Made by a program: the position numbers and the translations under genes
In this document: positions 18,883 through 27,833 of the stretch, one piece after another
How positions within the stretch are numbered: position 1 is the first letter of the stretch
Layout of the letters: the number at the start of each line of letters is the position of its first letter
IMG/VR virus record: IMGVR_UViG_3300028581_002181
Location: 52,457-116,456 of that record
Strand: one strand, 5' to 3'
DNA length: 64,000 nucleotides
Source: a virus
Notes under the pieces: generated by a model
What the model was told of the DNA's origin: nothing
Seen by the model: the letters and a program-made list of their open reading frames with translations, nothing else
The model's database searches: none

Positions 18883-19283
18883 TAACTGATTTCGGATCTA
18901 TCCTTTCCTAATTTGTTCACATTGATGTATCCAGCACCACGTGTGGCATCTTGTCCTTGCTCCTGCAGCACATTTCTAGTGACTTCTCTAAACCAACCTT
19001 CCACTATTTCTTCATTGGTTTCACCTTTGTATCCTGCTGTGATCAGTTCTTCTATGAAAGCATTGTTCCAATCCAATTCAAAGAATCCATTTCTAATGTT
19101 TTCTTTGTTGATGTGAGTTTCCAGCACTGCCACCCAAGGTTTGCCTGCTTTGGTTGCTGCTTCTTTTTCACGCAACATTGCTTTGTGTGATTCGCTTTTG
19201 TTTTCAGTTGTGTCTTCTTTTTTAAATATTTTTTTAACTTTATCAAATATTCCCATATCTTTTTCCTCCATTATGTACCCCAT
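18882..19283 (-). CDS. Hypothetical phage protein
   Basis: Coupled ORF between queE and rnh. Confidence 0.65.
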   Translation of the reverse strand: MGYIMEEKDMGIFDKVKKIFKKEDTTENKSESHKAMLREKEAATKAGKPWVAVLETHINKENIRNGFFELDWNNAFIEELITAGYKGETNEEIVEGWFREVTRNVLQEQGQDATRGAGYINVNKLGKDRSEIS

Positions 19284-20131
19284 GCATTTTTAAACAGAGG
19301 CACCTGTAATCTATCACTGTATCTATATCCCATCTTCATTGCCAGTTCCGCCACTGTTTTGTTGTTCATATGATAGACACTTTCCACTCCACCCACAGGC
19401 ATCAGATACACTGATCCTGAGAATCCTGCTTTACGATAATCCTTCACTGCTTCTATGGCTTCCAGCACATCTGCTTGATTTGCCACCACAAATTTCAAAT
19501 ACACATGACCCACTTCACCATATTCTGCCACCACTTCAGGCAGTATGGCTTCTTCACGTTTTTCTCCGCTCACACTCAATTTTGCACTCACAGAGAATGT
19601 CACACTGTCTTTGTTTCTGTTGTTGCGTTGCGTCCATTCTTTCAAATATTTTTTAAAATCCACATGCAACTTTTGAGTGCCATTGGTTTCAAAAGTGATT
19701 TCTTTTAGATCCTGCATCTTCACATGTTCCAACACATCTGGATATGATCTCTGCCAACCCAGCAATGGTTCTCCGCCTGTGAATATAAAATGTTCATCCA
19801 CCCATCGTTTATGAGGTAATATCTCCATGGTTCTTTCCACAATGGCATCTGATGTCAGCATGGGAGATAAATCTTTGAATCGCGGATCCCAAGATGCATA
19901 TGAATCGCAACCTGTGTTCACCAATGGCAGCTCTTTGTAATCTTTGAATGGATGCAGTTTGTGCTGTTCAAACACTCGGTCATTCTCATCACTGCGCATG
20001 CCTCTGGGCAATCCAAAGCCAGCACAAGTGAAGTTGCAGCCAAATGTTCTCAAGAACACCGAAGGCACACCCATGTATCTGCCTTCTCCTTGTATGCTGT
20101 AGAATAATTCTGCTATCTTAATCTTGCTCAT
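19271..20131 (-). CDS. queE: 7-carboxy-7-deazaguanine synthase (QueE-like radical SAM)
   Basis: IAELFYSIQGEG, VFLRTFGCNFTC...GCDS, TGGEP, ETNGT, SAK, LQ motifs. Confidence 0.85.
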   Translation of the reverse strand: MSKIKIAELFYSIQGEGRYMGVPSVFLRTFGCNFTCAGFGLPRGMRSDENDRVFEQHKLHPFKDYKELPLVNTGCDSYASWDPRFKDLSPMLTSDAIVERTMEILPHKRWVDEHFIFTGGEPLLGWQRSYPDVLEHVKMQDLKEITFETNGTQKLHVDFKKYLKEWTQRNNRNKDSVTFSVSAKLSVSGEKREEAILPEVVAEYGEVGHVYLKFVVANQADVLEAIEAVKDYRKAGFSGSVYLMPVGGVESVYHMNNKTVAELAMKMGYRYSDRLQVPLFKNAWGT

Positions 20132-20295
20132 ACTAATTCTTCTGCAACTCCCAATAGTTCAGCTATTATCAATAATGATCCTGCTGTGATAAAATGTCCG
20201 TATATCAATGCCACTCCTGCAATGATTCTAAATCCACTTTTGATCAGTGATATGTAAAAATGTCCTCGGCTGGTGTCTTTAGGCTGTATGTTCAT
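20128..20295 (-). CDS. 55-aa membrane microprotein, absent from the ORF track
   Basis: Manual translation MNIQPKDTSRGHFYISLIKSGFRIIAGVALIYGHFITAGSLLIIAELLGVAEELV; its stop overlaps the queE ATG (ATGA). Confidence 0.7.
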   Translation of the reverse strand: MNIQPKDTSRGHFYISLIKSGFRIIAGVALIYGHFITAGSLLIIAELLGVAEELV

Positions 20296-20485
20296 GTTTA
20301 ATTTCTCCCAATGGCGTTGCTGTGGATGAATCAGTGTAATCTAAACCTGATTTGTTGTATTCTCTCTGCACAGTTTCTTTAATCATAATGCCATCTCTAA
20401 TTTTGTATGTGATCAACTCTTGTCTAATCACGTTTGCAGTATCTCCTTGAAATGCTGCGTAGAATGGTCCATCTTTAGTTTTCAT
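20279..20485 (-). CDS. Small hypothetical protein
   Basis: 68 aa ORF with GGAG SD, directly after folE. Confidence 0.6.
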   Translation of the reverse strand: MKTKDGPFYAAFQGDTANVIRQELITYKIRDGIMIKETVQREYNKSGLDYTDSSTATPLGEIKHEHTA

Positions 20486-20493
20486 TTGTTCTC

Positions 20494-21180
20494 CTATCTT
20501 GGTGCAAATTGTTGTTGCAAGTTAATATTATCCATAAATTCTTTTTTAGTGCCAGCATCATCTTTGAAAGCACCTTTCAGCACAGTAGTCTGTGTGAGTG
20601 AACTGTGAGCCATTATGCCTCGGTTTTCACAACAACCATGTATGGCTTGTATGTAAACTCCAAGATCTCTGGCTCCTGTGGCTTTTTGAATTTCATTGGC
20701 AATATCATTACACAATGCCTCTTGCAGAGTGCCTCTTCTAGCACACCATTGTGCTATTCTTGTGTATTTGCTCAAACCTATCACTTTGCCATTGGGAATG
20801 ATTCCAATGTATGCCACGCCGCTCACTGGTTGATGATGATGACTGCACACTGATTTTAATTCAGAACGCACCACCAACATGCCTGTGTAAGCATTTTCTC
20901 CCACATTGGGAAATGCTGTGGCATCGGGTCTAGATTCATATCTTCCACTCATTAATTCTTTCAAATACATCTTGGCCAATCTATGTGCTGTATTTTTGCT
21001 ATTAGGATCGTTGTTGGTATCAATCACTAGACTGTTCAGCACAGATGAAAACGATTCAGATAGTTCCTGTTCCAACAGTTCTAATTCACCTGGTTGAATG
21101 TGATCTGAAATGTTGTCATCAGCATGATAATTCACGCCAGCCGCAATCAGTCTTTGTTTAATCTTTTCTGATACTTTCAT
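20494..21180 (-). CDS. folE: GTP cyclohydrolase I
   Basis: SVCSHHHQP, GLSKYTRI, LQE, HGCCENRG motifs. Confidence 0.95.
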   Translation of the reverse strand: MKVSEKIKQRLIAAGVNYHADDNISDHIQPGELELLEQELSESFSSVLNSLVIDTNNDPNSKNTAHRLAKMYLKELMSGRYESRPDATAFPNVGENAYTGMLVVRSELKSVCSHHHQPVSGVAYIGIIPNGKVIGLSKYTRIAQWCARRGTLQEALCNDIANEIQKATGARDLGVYIQAIHGCCENRGIMAHSSLTQTTVLKGAFKDDAGTKKEFMDNINLQQQFAPR

Positions 21181-21203
21181 TATACTCCTTATATTGTATT
21201 ATT

Positions 21204-21821
21204 TTAACAGATTTGTTCCAGTTTGTCAATGATTTGTGCCAAAACAATTTGATTACCTTCATCATTGTAATGATTGATCTCCCCTCTGTAGTTAGGCCAG
21301 ATCATGCTGAAGTCCAACAGATTCCGTTCCTCCACAAAATGATTACTGATACCAAAATTGTCTATGTGCAGACTGGTGATTTGCTCCAATCTTCTGTGTA
21401 TGTCTCTGCGTATCAATCTGTAGATATCTTTTTGGTATTGATCATCATAGTGATATCTAAACCAATTTTTAGCAGTATCTAAACTTTTATTAAACCAACT
21501 GTTGCGAGATTCAATGTCATTTAGAATGAGATCACAATCTTTGTGCAATCCTTCTTTGTGTATGGGATGGTTTGGTGTGTGTACTCTACTGGGACTGGTA
21601 TGACTCACAATCACACAGTTATAATCATGCTGCCACCAAGGATTGACCATACTGAAATCCATCAGCTGTCGTAGTATTTTGTATTCACTCACCCCTGCCT
21701 GTGCAAGATTAGTCACTTGATATTTTGTGGCCAATTGACTGGGCCATCCTGTGACACCATTGGGCCATTCACAGGCAAAGCTGTCACCAATAATTAAGAT
21801 TTTTTTTGATTTTTCATCCAT
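21204..21821 (-). CDS. SGNH/GDSL-like hydrolase-fold protein
   Basis: IIGDSF, NLAQAG and C-terminal INH..GN. Confidence 0.55.
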   Translation of the reverse strand: MDEKSKKILIIGDSFACEWPNGVTGWPSQLATKYQVTNLAQAGVSEYKILRQLMDFSMVNPWWQHDYNCVIVSHTSPSRVHTPNHPIHKEGLHKDCDLILNDIESRNSWFNKSLDTAKNWFRYHYDDQYQKDIYRLIRRDIHRRLEQITSLHIDNFGISNHFVEERNLLDFSMIWPNYRGEINHYNDEGNQIVLAQIIDKLEQIC

Positions 21822-22621
21822 GGTATATATTTCTCCACAATCAATTTGTGATAATCAAAATTGTAATGTTCTTTGTCATGCAATAGATAATCAGTGGGAT
21901 TCACATTTATATCCAACATGTATTGTTCAATGGTTTTTTCTGCCACAGTGGTATTTTGCAATGCACCATAGTATTCCAAACTCTTGGGCCATTTCAATCT
22001 ATTCATGAAGTTAAACACATAAAGTTTGGCGTTGTGATCTCCACATATCCTATCCCATGCAAACACGTTCAATAGAAAATCACGACGTTCCAAATGTGTG
22101 TTCAATTCAAAAAACAATTTGATCTCCATAAAAGTGTTTTTTCTAATATCTGGCTTCTGTAGTCCTTCTGTTTCACTGATCTGCAAGCCTGGAAATCGAT
22201 TGTAGTCTTCTGCTGTGGGTTTATTGTATAATTGAACTCTGCCCTCTTTTACTAATAAATCTAAATATTTTTTCACTGCATCTGTGCTCTGTTCACATTC
22301 ATGCACAAAATAATCCAATGGCAATGCTTCATCTGTGAGTTTCTCATCAAAAGCCAACACAAATCTATTCAATGGCGCTAAACAAAGAAACACTTCATCT
22401 GTGTCTGGAAATTTATTAAACATGTGTTTCATCCAATCAGTGTACATTCTGTTGGTTGTGCCTGCATGTGCATAGATGCACACAGGTTTATTGTTCACTG
22501 TGTTGTAAATTTCAGCATAGTTGTTATCATTCCAATAGGTATAACTGCCTGGCCCTGTTTTGTCAGGCACAGTGACATATCCACAAGTGTGACTGTCTCC
22601 TATGAAAAGTGCTCTGTTCAT
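21794..22621 (-). CDS. SGNH/GDSL-like hydrolase-fold protein
   Basis: FIGDSHT and C-terminal DKEH (DxxH). Confidence 0.55.
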   Translation of the reverse strand: MNRALFIGDSHTCGYVTVPDKTGPGSYTYWNDNNYAEIYNTVNNKPVCIYAHAGTTNRMYTDWMKHMFNKFPDTDEVFLCLAPLNRFVLAFDEKLTDEALPLDYFVHECEQSTDAVKKYLDLLVKEGRVQLYNKPTAEDYNRFPGLQISETEGLQKPDIRKNTFMEIKLFFELNTHLERRDFLLNVFAWDRICGDHNAKLYVFNFMNRLKWPKSLEYYGALQNTTVAEKTIEQYMLDINVNPTDYLLHDKEHYNFDYHKLIVEKYIPWMKNQKKS

Positions 22622-22995
22622 TTTTTATAATTTCCTTTGTGAGGTATCACATGACGCACACCACCTGTGGGATCCATCATATCTCCTTTGCGTCTTGGAA
22701 TCAGATGCACGTGTGGATACATGCAAGTCTGCCCTGCTGCTGCTCCCATGTTGATGCCAATGTTGTAACCATCTATCAATCCTTTTTGAATGTTTTCGTT
22801 GCCAATCTTCAGTGCCAATTCAAAACACTTGGTGATATTCTGTTGACTGGCTTCTCGAGGCACTATGAGTGCGTGTCCTTCTGTGACAGGATATGCATCT
22901 TCATACCACACACAATCTTTCAAATCATACACTATTTTTGACCAAGGAGCTCGGCCTTCTTTTTGTGCTTGTTCCAGAGTGTCTGTGGTGTGCAT
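22618..22995 (-). CDS. HIT family nucleotide hydrolase (start probably MHTTD)
   Basis: DAYPVTEGHALIVP, YNIGINMG, GQTCMYPHVHLIPR; the first His of the triad is Tyr. Confidence 0.85.
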   Translation of the reverse strand: MHTTDTLEQAQKEGRAPWSKIVYDLKDCVWYEDAYPVTEGHALIVPREASQQNITKCFELALKIGNENIQKGLIDGYNIGINMGAAAGQTCMYPHVHLIPRRKGDMMDPTGGVRHVIPHKGNYKK

Positions 22996-22996
22996 G

Positions 22997-23452
22997 TTAC
23001 CATTGCTCCCAAGGAAACACAATCCATCTAGGATCTTCCAGTTTGTTGATCACATAACCTTTGTAATCTATTTCTTGATAGGTGCTGGCAGTGTTGTGCA
23101 GTATGGCAGCAAACTTCAGTCTTTCAGGCTTGCCAAAATTGTTCATAATGTAATTCCAAGTGGCTCCTGTGTCATTGATATCATCCAAGATCAACACCCG
23201 TTTCTGCCAAGCATACACCTTTTCCAGTGTGCGGAGATCTGGAATATCTGCGTGATCTCGCAAGCTCACATTCAATGTTTGATGCGGTATATCCAATTTG
23301 TGCGACAGATATATGGCTGGTATGCAGCCTCCTCTGTTCACACCCAATATCACTTCAGGCAACCATTGCTGATCCGTCAGTTGTTGATGTATGTTCAACA
23401 GTGCTGCACGCATCTGGATCATGGTAAAGTAATTTTTATTGACAGTTTCCAT
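22997..23452 (-). CDS. Type I purine phosphoribosyltransferase, xanthine-guanine PRT (Gpt)-like
   Basis: ILGVNRGG and the PRPP-binding loop ILDDINDTGAT; C-terminal WIVFPWE. Confidence 0.8.
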   Translation of the reverse strand: METVNKNYFTMIQMRAALLNIHQQLTDQQWLPEVILGVNRGGCIPAIYLSHKLDIPHQTLNVSLRDHADIPDLRTLEKVYAWQKRVLILDDINDTGATWNYIMNNFGKPERLKFAAILHNTASTYQEIDYKGYVINKLEDPRWIVFPWEQW

Positions 23453-23803
23453 TTAAAAAGGCATTCTCAGTTGCATCTTGTTGTCATAATCATCCACCAC
23501 AATGTTGTAGATGTTCTTAAATTTTTGAAACGCAATGTCCAATGTGGGATATTGTTCGCACATCTCTTTCACTCTGTGCATTTCAGGCATGATGTCTTCC
23601 CATAAGATAGGCAGTTTGTAATCTTCAAAATTAACACCTTTCATAGCATCTGCTTCAAAATCAATACCTGTGGTAGTGACCGATGCGGCTCCAAATCCAT
23701 AGGGCACTGATATGGTGGTGGCTGATACTGTGTTGGTGCCTGTGTTGGCAGTGTAATTGAAATCTGTTTGATAGACATTTTGTTTGATATTTTTATCTTC
23801 CAT
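23453..23803 (-). CDS. Hypothetical protein (start re-assigned to MEDKN)
   Basis: Avoids a long overlap with the glycosyltransferase gene. Confidence 0.6.
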   Translation of the reverse strand: MEDKNIKQNVYQTDFNYTANTGTNTVSATTISVPYGFGAASVTTTGIDFEADAMKGVNFEDYKLPILWEDIMPEMHRVKEMCEQYPTLDIAFQKFKNIYNIVVDDYDNKMQLRMPF

Positions 23804-24884
23804 TTGCGATCCTTTGGTAAAGTTGTTTGCCACTAAAAAAGTTTTCTGCCAATGATATTTTTTGTTTGTGTACCAATGGAGCATATTTCTTGTAGTTGGT
23901 CATATAATCTTCTATTTTTCCTTTCAGCAGATGTTTGTGTTTTTGATAGTGCTCCAAAGATTCTGTCCACGCACTGGGATATTTGAACTCTTCATGAGCC
24001 ATTTCTTTATAACTTAAACGATCAGGAATCATAGGAATCACTCCCAATACTGCACCTTCATACCAACTGATGCCCAATGTTTCTTGTAAATTAGCACTGA
24101 AAATCAGTTTGGCTTCTGCTAAAAGATTGTGATAGTCATTTTTATTTTTGCACACTTCCAAACAAGTCACAAATTCATACTGTGGCATTTCTTTGGCCAA
24201 GTCTTGAAATATGTTGTGTTGTTTTTCTGGAGCTAATCTGTGTGGAAAAAGAATAATGTTCTTTTTTGTGATATTTTTATAACCTGTGAGATCAGCATCC
24301 AAATATTCCATGGGCCATCCACATCTCACAATCTTGCCTGTGTGAAACATATGGTCCACTGTTTCTTTGTCTGCCATTCTACCCAGATCCATCAAATTGT
24401 GTAAAAACATATCGATATGAAAATCTGTGGCAAAGTAATTGTGATCAAATGATTCAAACAAGCTCTTCTCTGCCCAACGCACCCAAGGTTTATCACCTAT
24501 CAGTCTGCCCAAAAAGTCTTGTGGATCATAGGATCCTGCGTGCCACATGCCACCTATTTTAATTTTTACATTCAATAGTTCTGCCATGTACTTGAGTTGC
24601 AACACAGTGGGATTCCAAGCATCTGTGTACAGGAAATAATCACCATCTTTGATGTCTCCTGCACTGAACATTTTAGCAATCTGTTCCAATTGTCTACTTT
24701 TGTATATGTTGGTGAATGCAAAATTTAAAAAAGCACCCGGAGTGGTATTTTTCACAGCATCTCCGCCGCTGATCACTTGAACTTCAGTGTTGGTGTGTCT
24801 TTTTAATTGAATGGGTAGATATTTTTTCCATTGCTTGGTGTATCTAGTTTCTACTTCTTCTAGATCCACAATATAAATCTTCAT
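23793..24884 (-). CDS. GT-B fold glycosyltransferase (GT4-like)
   Basis: LFPHRLAPEKQ acceptor/donor segment and QETLGISWYEG (ExxGxxxxE). Confidence 0.75.
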   Translation of the reverse strand: MKIYIVDLEEVETRYTKQWKKYLPIQLKRHTNTEVQVISGGDAVKNTTPGAFLNFAFTNIYKSRQLEQIAKMFSAGDIKDGDYFLYTDAWNPTVLQLKYMAELLNVKIKIGGMWHAGSYDPQDFLGRLIGDKPWVRWAEKSLFESFDHNYFATDFHIDMFLHNLMDLGRMADKETVDHMFHTGKIVRCGWPMEYLDADLTGYKNITKKNIILFPHRLAPEKQHNIFQDLAKEMPQYEFVTCLEVCKNKNDYHNLLAEAKLIFSANLQETLGISWYEGAVLGVIPMIPDRLSYKEMAHEEFKYPSAWTESLEHYQKHKHLLKGKIEDYMTNYKKYAPLVHKQKISLAENFFSGKQLYQRIANGR

Positions 24885-24892
24885 GCACTACC

Positions 24893-25294
24893 CTAATTAA
24901 TTGTTACAGATTGATCAGCAGGCCAAGTTATCACTGCCCCGTTCTCACCATCTTCACTCACATCTATCGTGACTTCTCTTTTGGGATATTTTGCACTAAT
25001 CTGTTGATACAGATCAGTGGCCATCATTTCACAACTTTTGTAATCTAATTCTAATACACCTTTGCCATATAAGTTTTCCAGCCATCTTTTAAACTGTATA
25101 AATTCAATTTCTCTATCATCATGAAACACTTCTATGGCTATTTTGAAGTGAAACATGTGTCTGTGAGGATAACCCAAAAAACTCACATCATATTCATCAC
25201 CTGTTTTGAATTTTGGATCTGTCAAAGCAGCAGGAAATTTGTGCGTGCCTTCTCTGCGAAATGTTACCCAAATTTTAGATTTCATATTGTTCAT
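24893..25294 (-). CDS. dpdL: QueD-like T-fold protein with LxxxHRHxF signature (DpdL-like, predicted CDG decarboxylase)
   Basis: FLGYPHRHMFHF matches LxxxHRHxF; SCE and VSEDGENGA match T-fold pterin-binding positions. Confidence 0.7.
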   Translation of the reverse strand: MNNMKSKIWVTFRREGTHKFPAALTDPKFKTGDEYDVSFLGYPHRHMFHFKIAIEVFHDDREIEFIQFKRWLENLYGKGVLELDYKSCEMMATDLYQQISAKYPKREVTIDVSEDGENGAVITWPADQSVTIN

Positions 25295-25303
25295 GTGTTT
25301 CAG

Positions 25304-25309
25304 TATTTA
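25304..25309 (-). promoter_or_regulatory. Late promoter core TAAATA
   Basis: Lies 10 nt upstream of the dpdL-like start. Confidence 0.45.
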
Positions 25310-25316
25310 GGTTTAT

Positions 25317-25345
25317 AGTATAACAACCTTTTCAATGTTTGTCAA
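25317..25345 (-). promoter_or_regulatory. Sigma70-type promoter
   Basis: TTGACA-17-TATACT upstream of the dpdL-like gene. Confidence 0.75.
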
Positions 25346-25865
25346 TGTCCACAGGATAGTCGCCTTTGTATTCACTCCAATCTGTGTAGGTTTTTTTGGT
25401 CATTAACTTGTCCAAATCATGTGTCCAAACTCCTGAATTGGTTGCTCCCCAAGTGACATCGTCCAGTTTGATCACTGTGTTGGCATTGAAGTTTTTAATA
25501 TTAGGTATTTTTACTGATATCATGTTGATAAAATGATTGTTCTTATGCCAATTCATTCTTGATACCATTTCTGCATACTGCACATCATAATCCAATGTGA
25601 CCCAATGTCCCAAATCTAATAAATTTTTAATAATGTTATTCCAATCTGTCCAATTTTCTTCTGTCACAGGAGTAAAACTTTGACTGGTGCCAAGATATAC
25701 ATGTCTTACATTAGTTTTTTGAGTGTGTCGCACAATGTCTGCCAGTGCTGGCGTGCCTACAACAAACAGAGTCTTTTCACCTTTCATAGCAGTGTTCTCC
25801 ACTTCTTTGCCTATGAAAAATTTTACTTTTTTTCTTGATTGTGTGTTCAACATTATTTTCTCCAA
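25332..25865 (-). CDS. Hypothetical protein within the deazaguanine region
   Basis: 177 aa, alpha/beta pattern, coupled to the dehydrogenase gene. Confidence 0.7.
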   Translation of the reverse strand: MEKIMLNTQSRKKVKFFIGKEVENTAMKGEKTLFVVGTPALADIVRHTQKTNVRHVYLGTSQSFTPVTEENWTDWNNIIKNLLDLGHWVTLDYDVQYAEMVSRMNWHKNNHFINMISVKIPNIKNFNANTVIKLDDVTWGATNSGVWTHDLDKLMTKKTYTDWSEYKGDYPVDIDKH

Positions 25866-26761
25866 TCTATATACCCTCTTGCATAGCCATTGGTTCTATT
25901 TGTAGCATCTGCAAAAGCATCACGCCATTCAGTGCTTCTGCTGTAACCTTTGGTCCAAAAGTTAGAAACATCCAGTTTGCCTGTGCTAATAAAATCCACT
26001 GCTTCACGCATGCATTCTATAAATTTTTTATTTCTAGGACTGGGAAATCCCACAGTCACAGCATTCCATAACAGATGAGCAAAATTAGTGCGAACTGAAT
26101 CTGTTTTTTCAGCAGCCAGTATTAATAATGCTTCAGCATTGAACATATTTCTATCAAACACTTCTGATTTAGTATTCAAATCTATTATAACATCAAACAG
26201 TCCTTCAGCATTGTGGGTAAGTTTTTCACCCCAAAATGCTTTGTTGTGATGGCCCAACACAGTGACATCAAACTGATAATTTTTTATTTGCAAATAGGTA
26301 TACACCACATAAGACAGAAATCCACTGCCTATGATCAATAATCTATTATTATTGCCTGCTTTGTTTTTGATTGCTGTTTCAAACTGTTTGATCACATTGA
26401 TGCCACAAGCCACAGGCTCCACAATGTATTTGGGATCTGCTGTGGGCACTTTAACATAGGTTTCTGCATCACAATTGTACTGATCAGCATAAGCAGGTTC
26501 TCCTCTGGTGGCCACAAAATCTCCCACTTGAACATCATTTACTTCACTGCCCACATGAGTCACTTGACCCAATCCTTCATGTCCTTGCATACTCAATGGC
26601 AATGTTTTGAATTTACCCAGCATCATGTCCACATCACTGCGACACACTCCAGTCATAATATTTTTTACTCTAATTTGTTCAGGATTTAATTCAGGAATAT
26701 CTATACTGCCTTCATGGAACATGCCATCTCCTTTGGTATATAACAGTTTAGTTTCAGTCAT
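25853..26761 (-). CDS. Zn-dependent medium-chain (polyol/sugar) dehydrogenase (start re-assigned to MTETK)
   Basis: GVCRSD, GHEG, EPVAC, IIGSG; structural-Zn loop absent; ATGACTGA overlap with the upstream gene. Confidence 0.8.
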   Translation of the reverse strand: MTETKLLYTKGDGMFHEGSIDIPELNPEQIRVKNIMTGVCRSDVDMMLGKFKTLPLSMQGHEGLGQVTHVGSEVNDVQVGDFVATRGEPAYADQYNCDAETYVKVPTADPKYIVEPVACGINVIKQFETAIKNKAGNNNRLLIIGSGFLSYVVYTYLQIKNYQFDVTVLGHHNKAFWGEKLTHNAEGLFDVIIDLNTKSEVFDRNMFNAEALLILAAEKTDSVRTNFAHLLWNAVTVGFPSPRNKKFIECMREAVDFISTGKLDVSNFWTKGYSRSTEWRDAFADATNRTNGYARGYIDWRK

Positions 26762-27641
26762 TGATTGTATTATGAATCCAAACATCATGTTCTTTGTGTT
26801 GGTTCCAAAACTCCTCATTGTTAATATTATTGAAAACATCTTGAATCATAGTGGCATAAACTGGTTCAGGACACAGTCCCAGTTCAAAACTTTTAACTAA
26901 TTTTTCTCTCTGATAGCAATGGATTGCTCTGTCATCTTTGTCCATGCTGCGCCAATCAGCAGTTAGAATATATTTTTTCTTACCATCATTCAGTATGATT
27001 TCATTCCAATCATCCACATTATATGTGCCATCCAAATTGATCGAACCATATTCTGTGCTAATGAGTTGATCCAGTTTCCAATTTTGTTTAACAATATTGC
27101 TCTCTATTTGAAATTCTTTGTAGTGGTTAGGATTCATATAAATGAATATGCTCAATAGATGTGGCATAAGATCTCTGCTGACTCCACCAAATGATAATTT
27201 TTTAGTGGTAAACCAGCTGCCTGGTGCTGGCACTCTATCACGATTGATCCAATTGATATGAATCACTTCTGCTGCTGCTGTTCTGATATTGAATTCTTCT
27301 TCCCATGTTCTCCACATGTTGTTTTTGATCATTATGAATCTAGTTTGAGGATATGTGAGTTGTAGTGTCTGCCATCTTTTGGCATTGAGTACTCCTGGTT
27401 TTTCCACAAACACTATTCGACAATGTTTGGCAATCTTTTGAGCAATTGTATCATGTGTATAGTTGGGAGTGCAGATGAACGCAGCATCCAACAGAGGATG
27501 TGCATACAAGGCTGTGTCAAGATTGGCAAATGTGGCCTGCTTGCTTTGATCTGTGTCCATGGTGATCACTTCATGCCCCAACTGTGTCAAAATTTTTGCA
27601 TACAGTTGCCCCATGCCTAAACCTATCACCAATGTTTTCAT
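26754..27641 (-). CDS. Gfo/Idh/MocA family oxidoreductase
   Basis: VIGLGMG, CTPNYTH, VEKPG, GGVSRDLMPH. Confidence 0.85.
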   Translation of the reverse strand: MKTLVIGLGMGQLYAKILTQLGHEVITMDTDQSKQATFANLDTALYAHPLLDAAFICTPNYTHDTIAQKIAKHCRIVFVEKPGVLNAKRWQTLQLTYPQTRFIMIKNNMWRTWEEEFNIRTAAAEVIHINWINRDRVPAPGSWFTTKKLSFGGVSRDLMPHLLSIFIYMNPNHYKEFQIESNIVKQNWKLDQLISTEYGSINLDGTYNVDDWNEIILNDGKKKYILTADWRSMDKDDRAIHCYQREKLVKSFELGLCPEPVYATMIQDVFNNINNEEFWNQHKEHDVWIHNTIND

Positions 27642-27832
27642 ATTTTTAATTGTTTTCTATATTCTTCTATTTGTGTTTTGATCGCCAGTTTAATTTTCTT
27701 ATAATTCTTTAATAATGCTTTGCTCTCCCAACTTCTATCATGTTCTCTTTCCTGTTCCATTTCTTCAGTTTTTCTATGATAGTAATCAAATTCGTGTTCT
27801 AATTTTTTTAAACTTTTATTCTTTTTGCTCAT
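27638..27832 (-). CDS. Small coiled-coil protein (DUF465/YdcH-like), start MSKKNK
   Basis: L..EH..L...I...K..KL.IK pattern. Confidence 0.5.
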   Translation of the reverse strand: MSKKNKSLKKLEHEFDYYHRKTEEMEQEREHDRSWESKALLKNYKKIKLAIKTQIEEYRKQLKI

Positions 27833-27833
27833 G

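Noticed and set aside
19271-20131. Annotation as anaerobic ribonucleotide reductase activase (NrdG)
   Set aside because: There is no nrdD nearby, while folE, a T-fold protein and a TGT-family gene are present and the QueE-type SIQGEG/ETNG/SAK/LQ motifs fit better.
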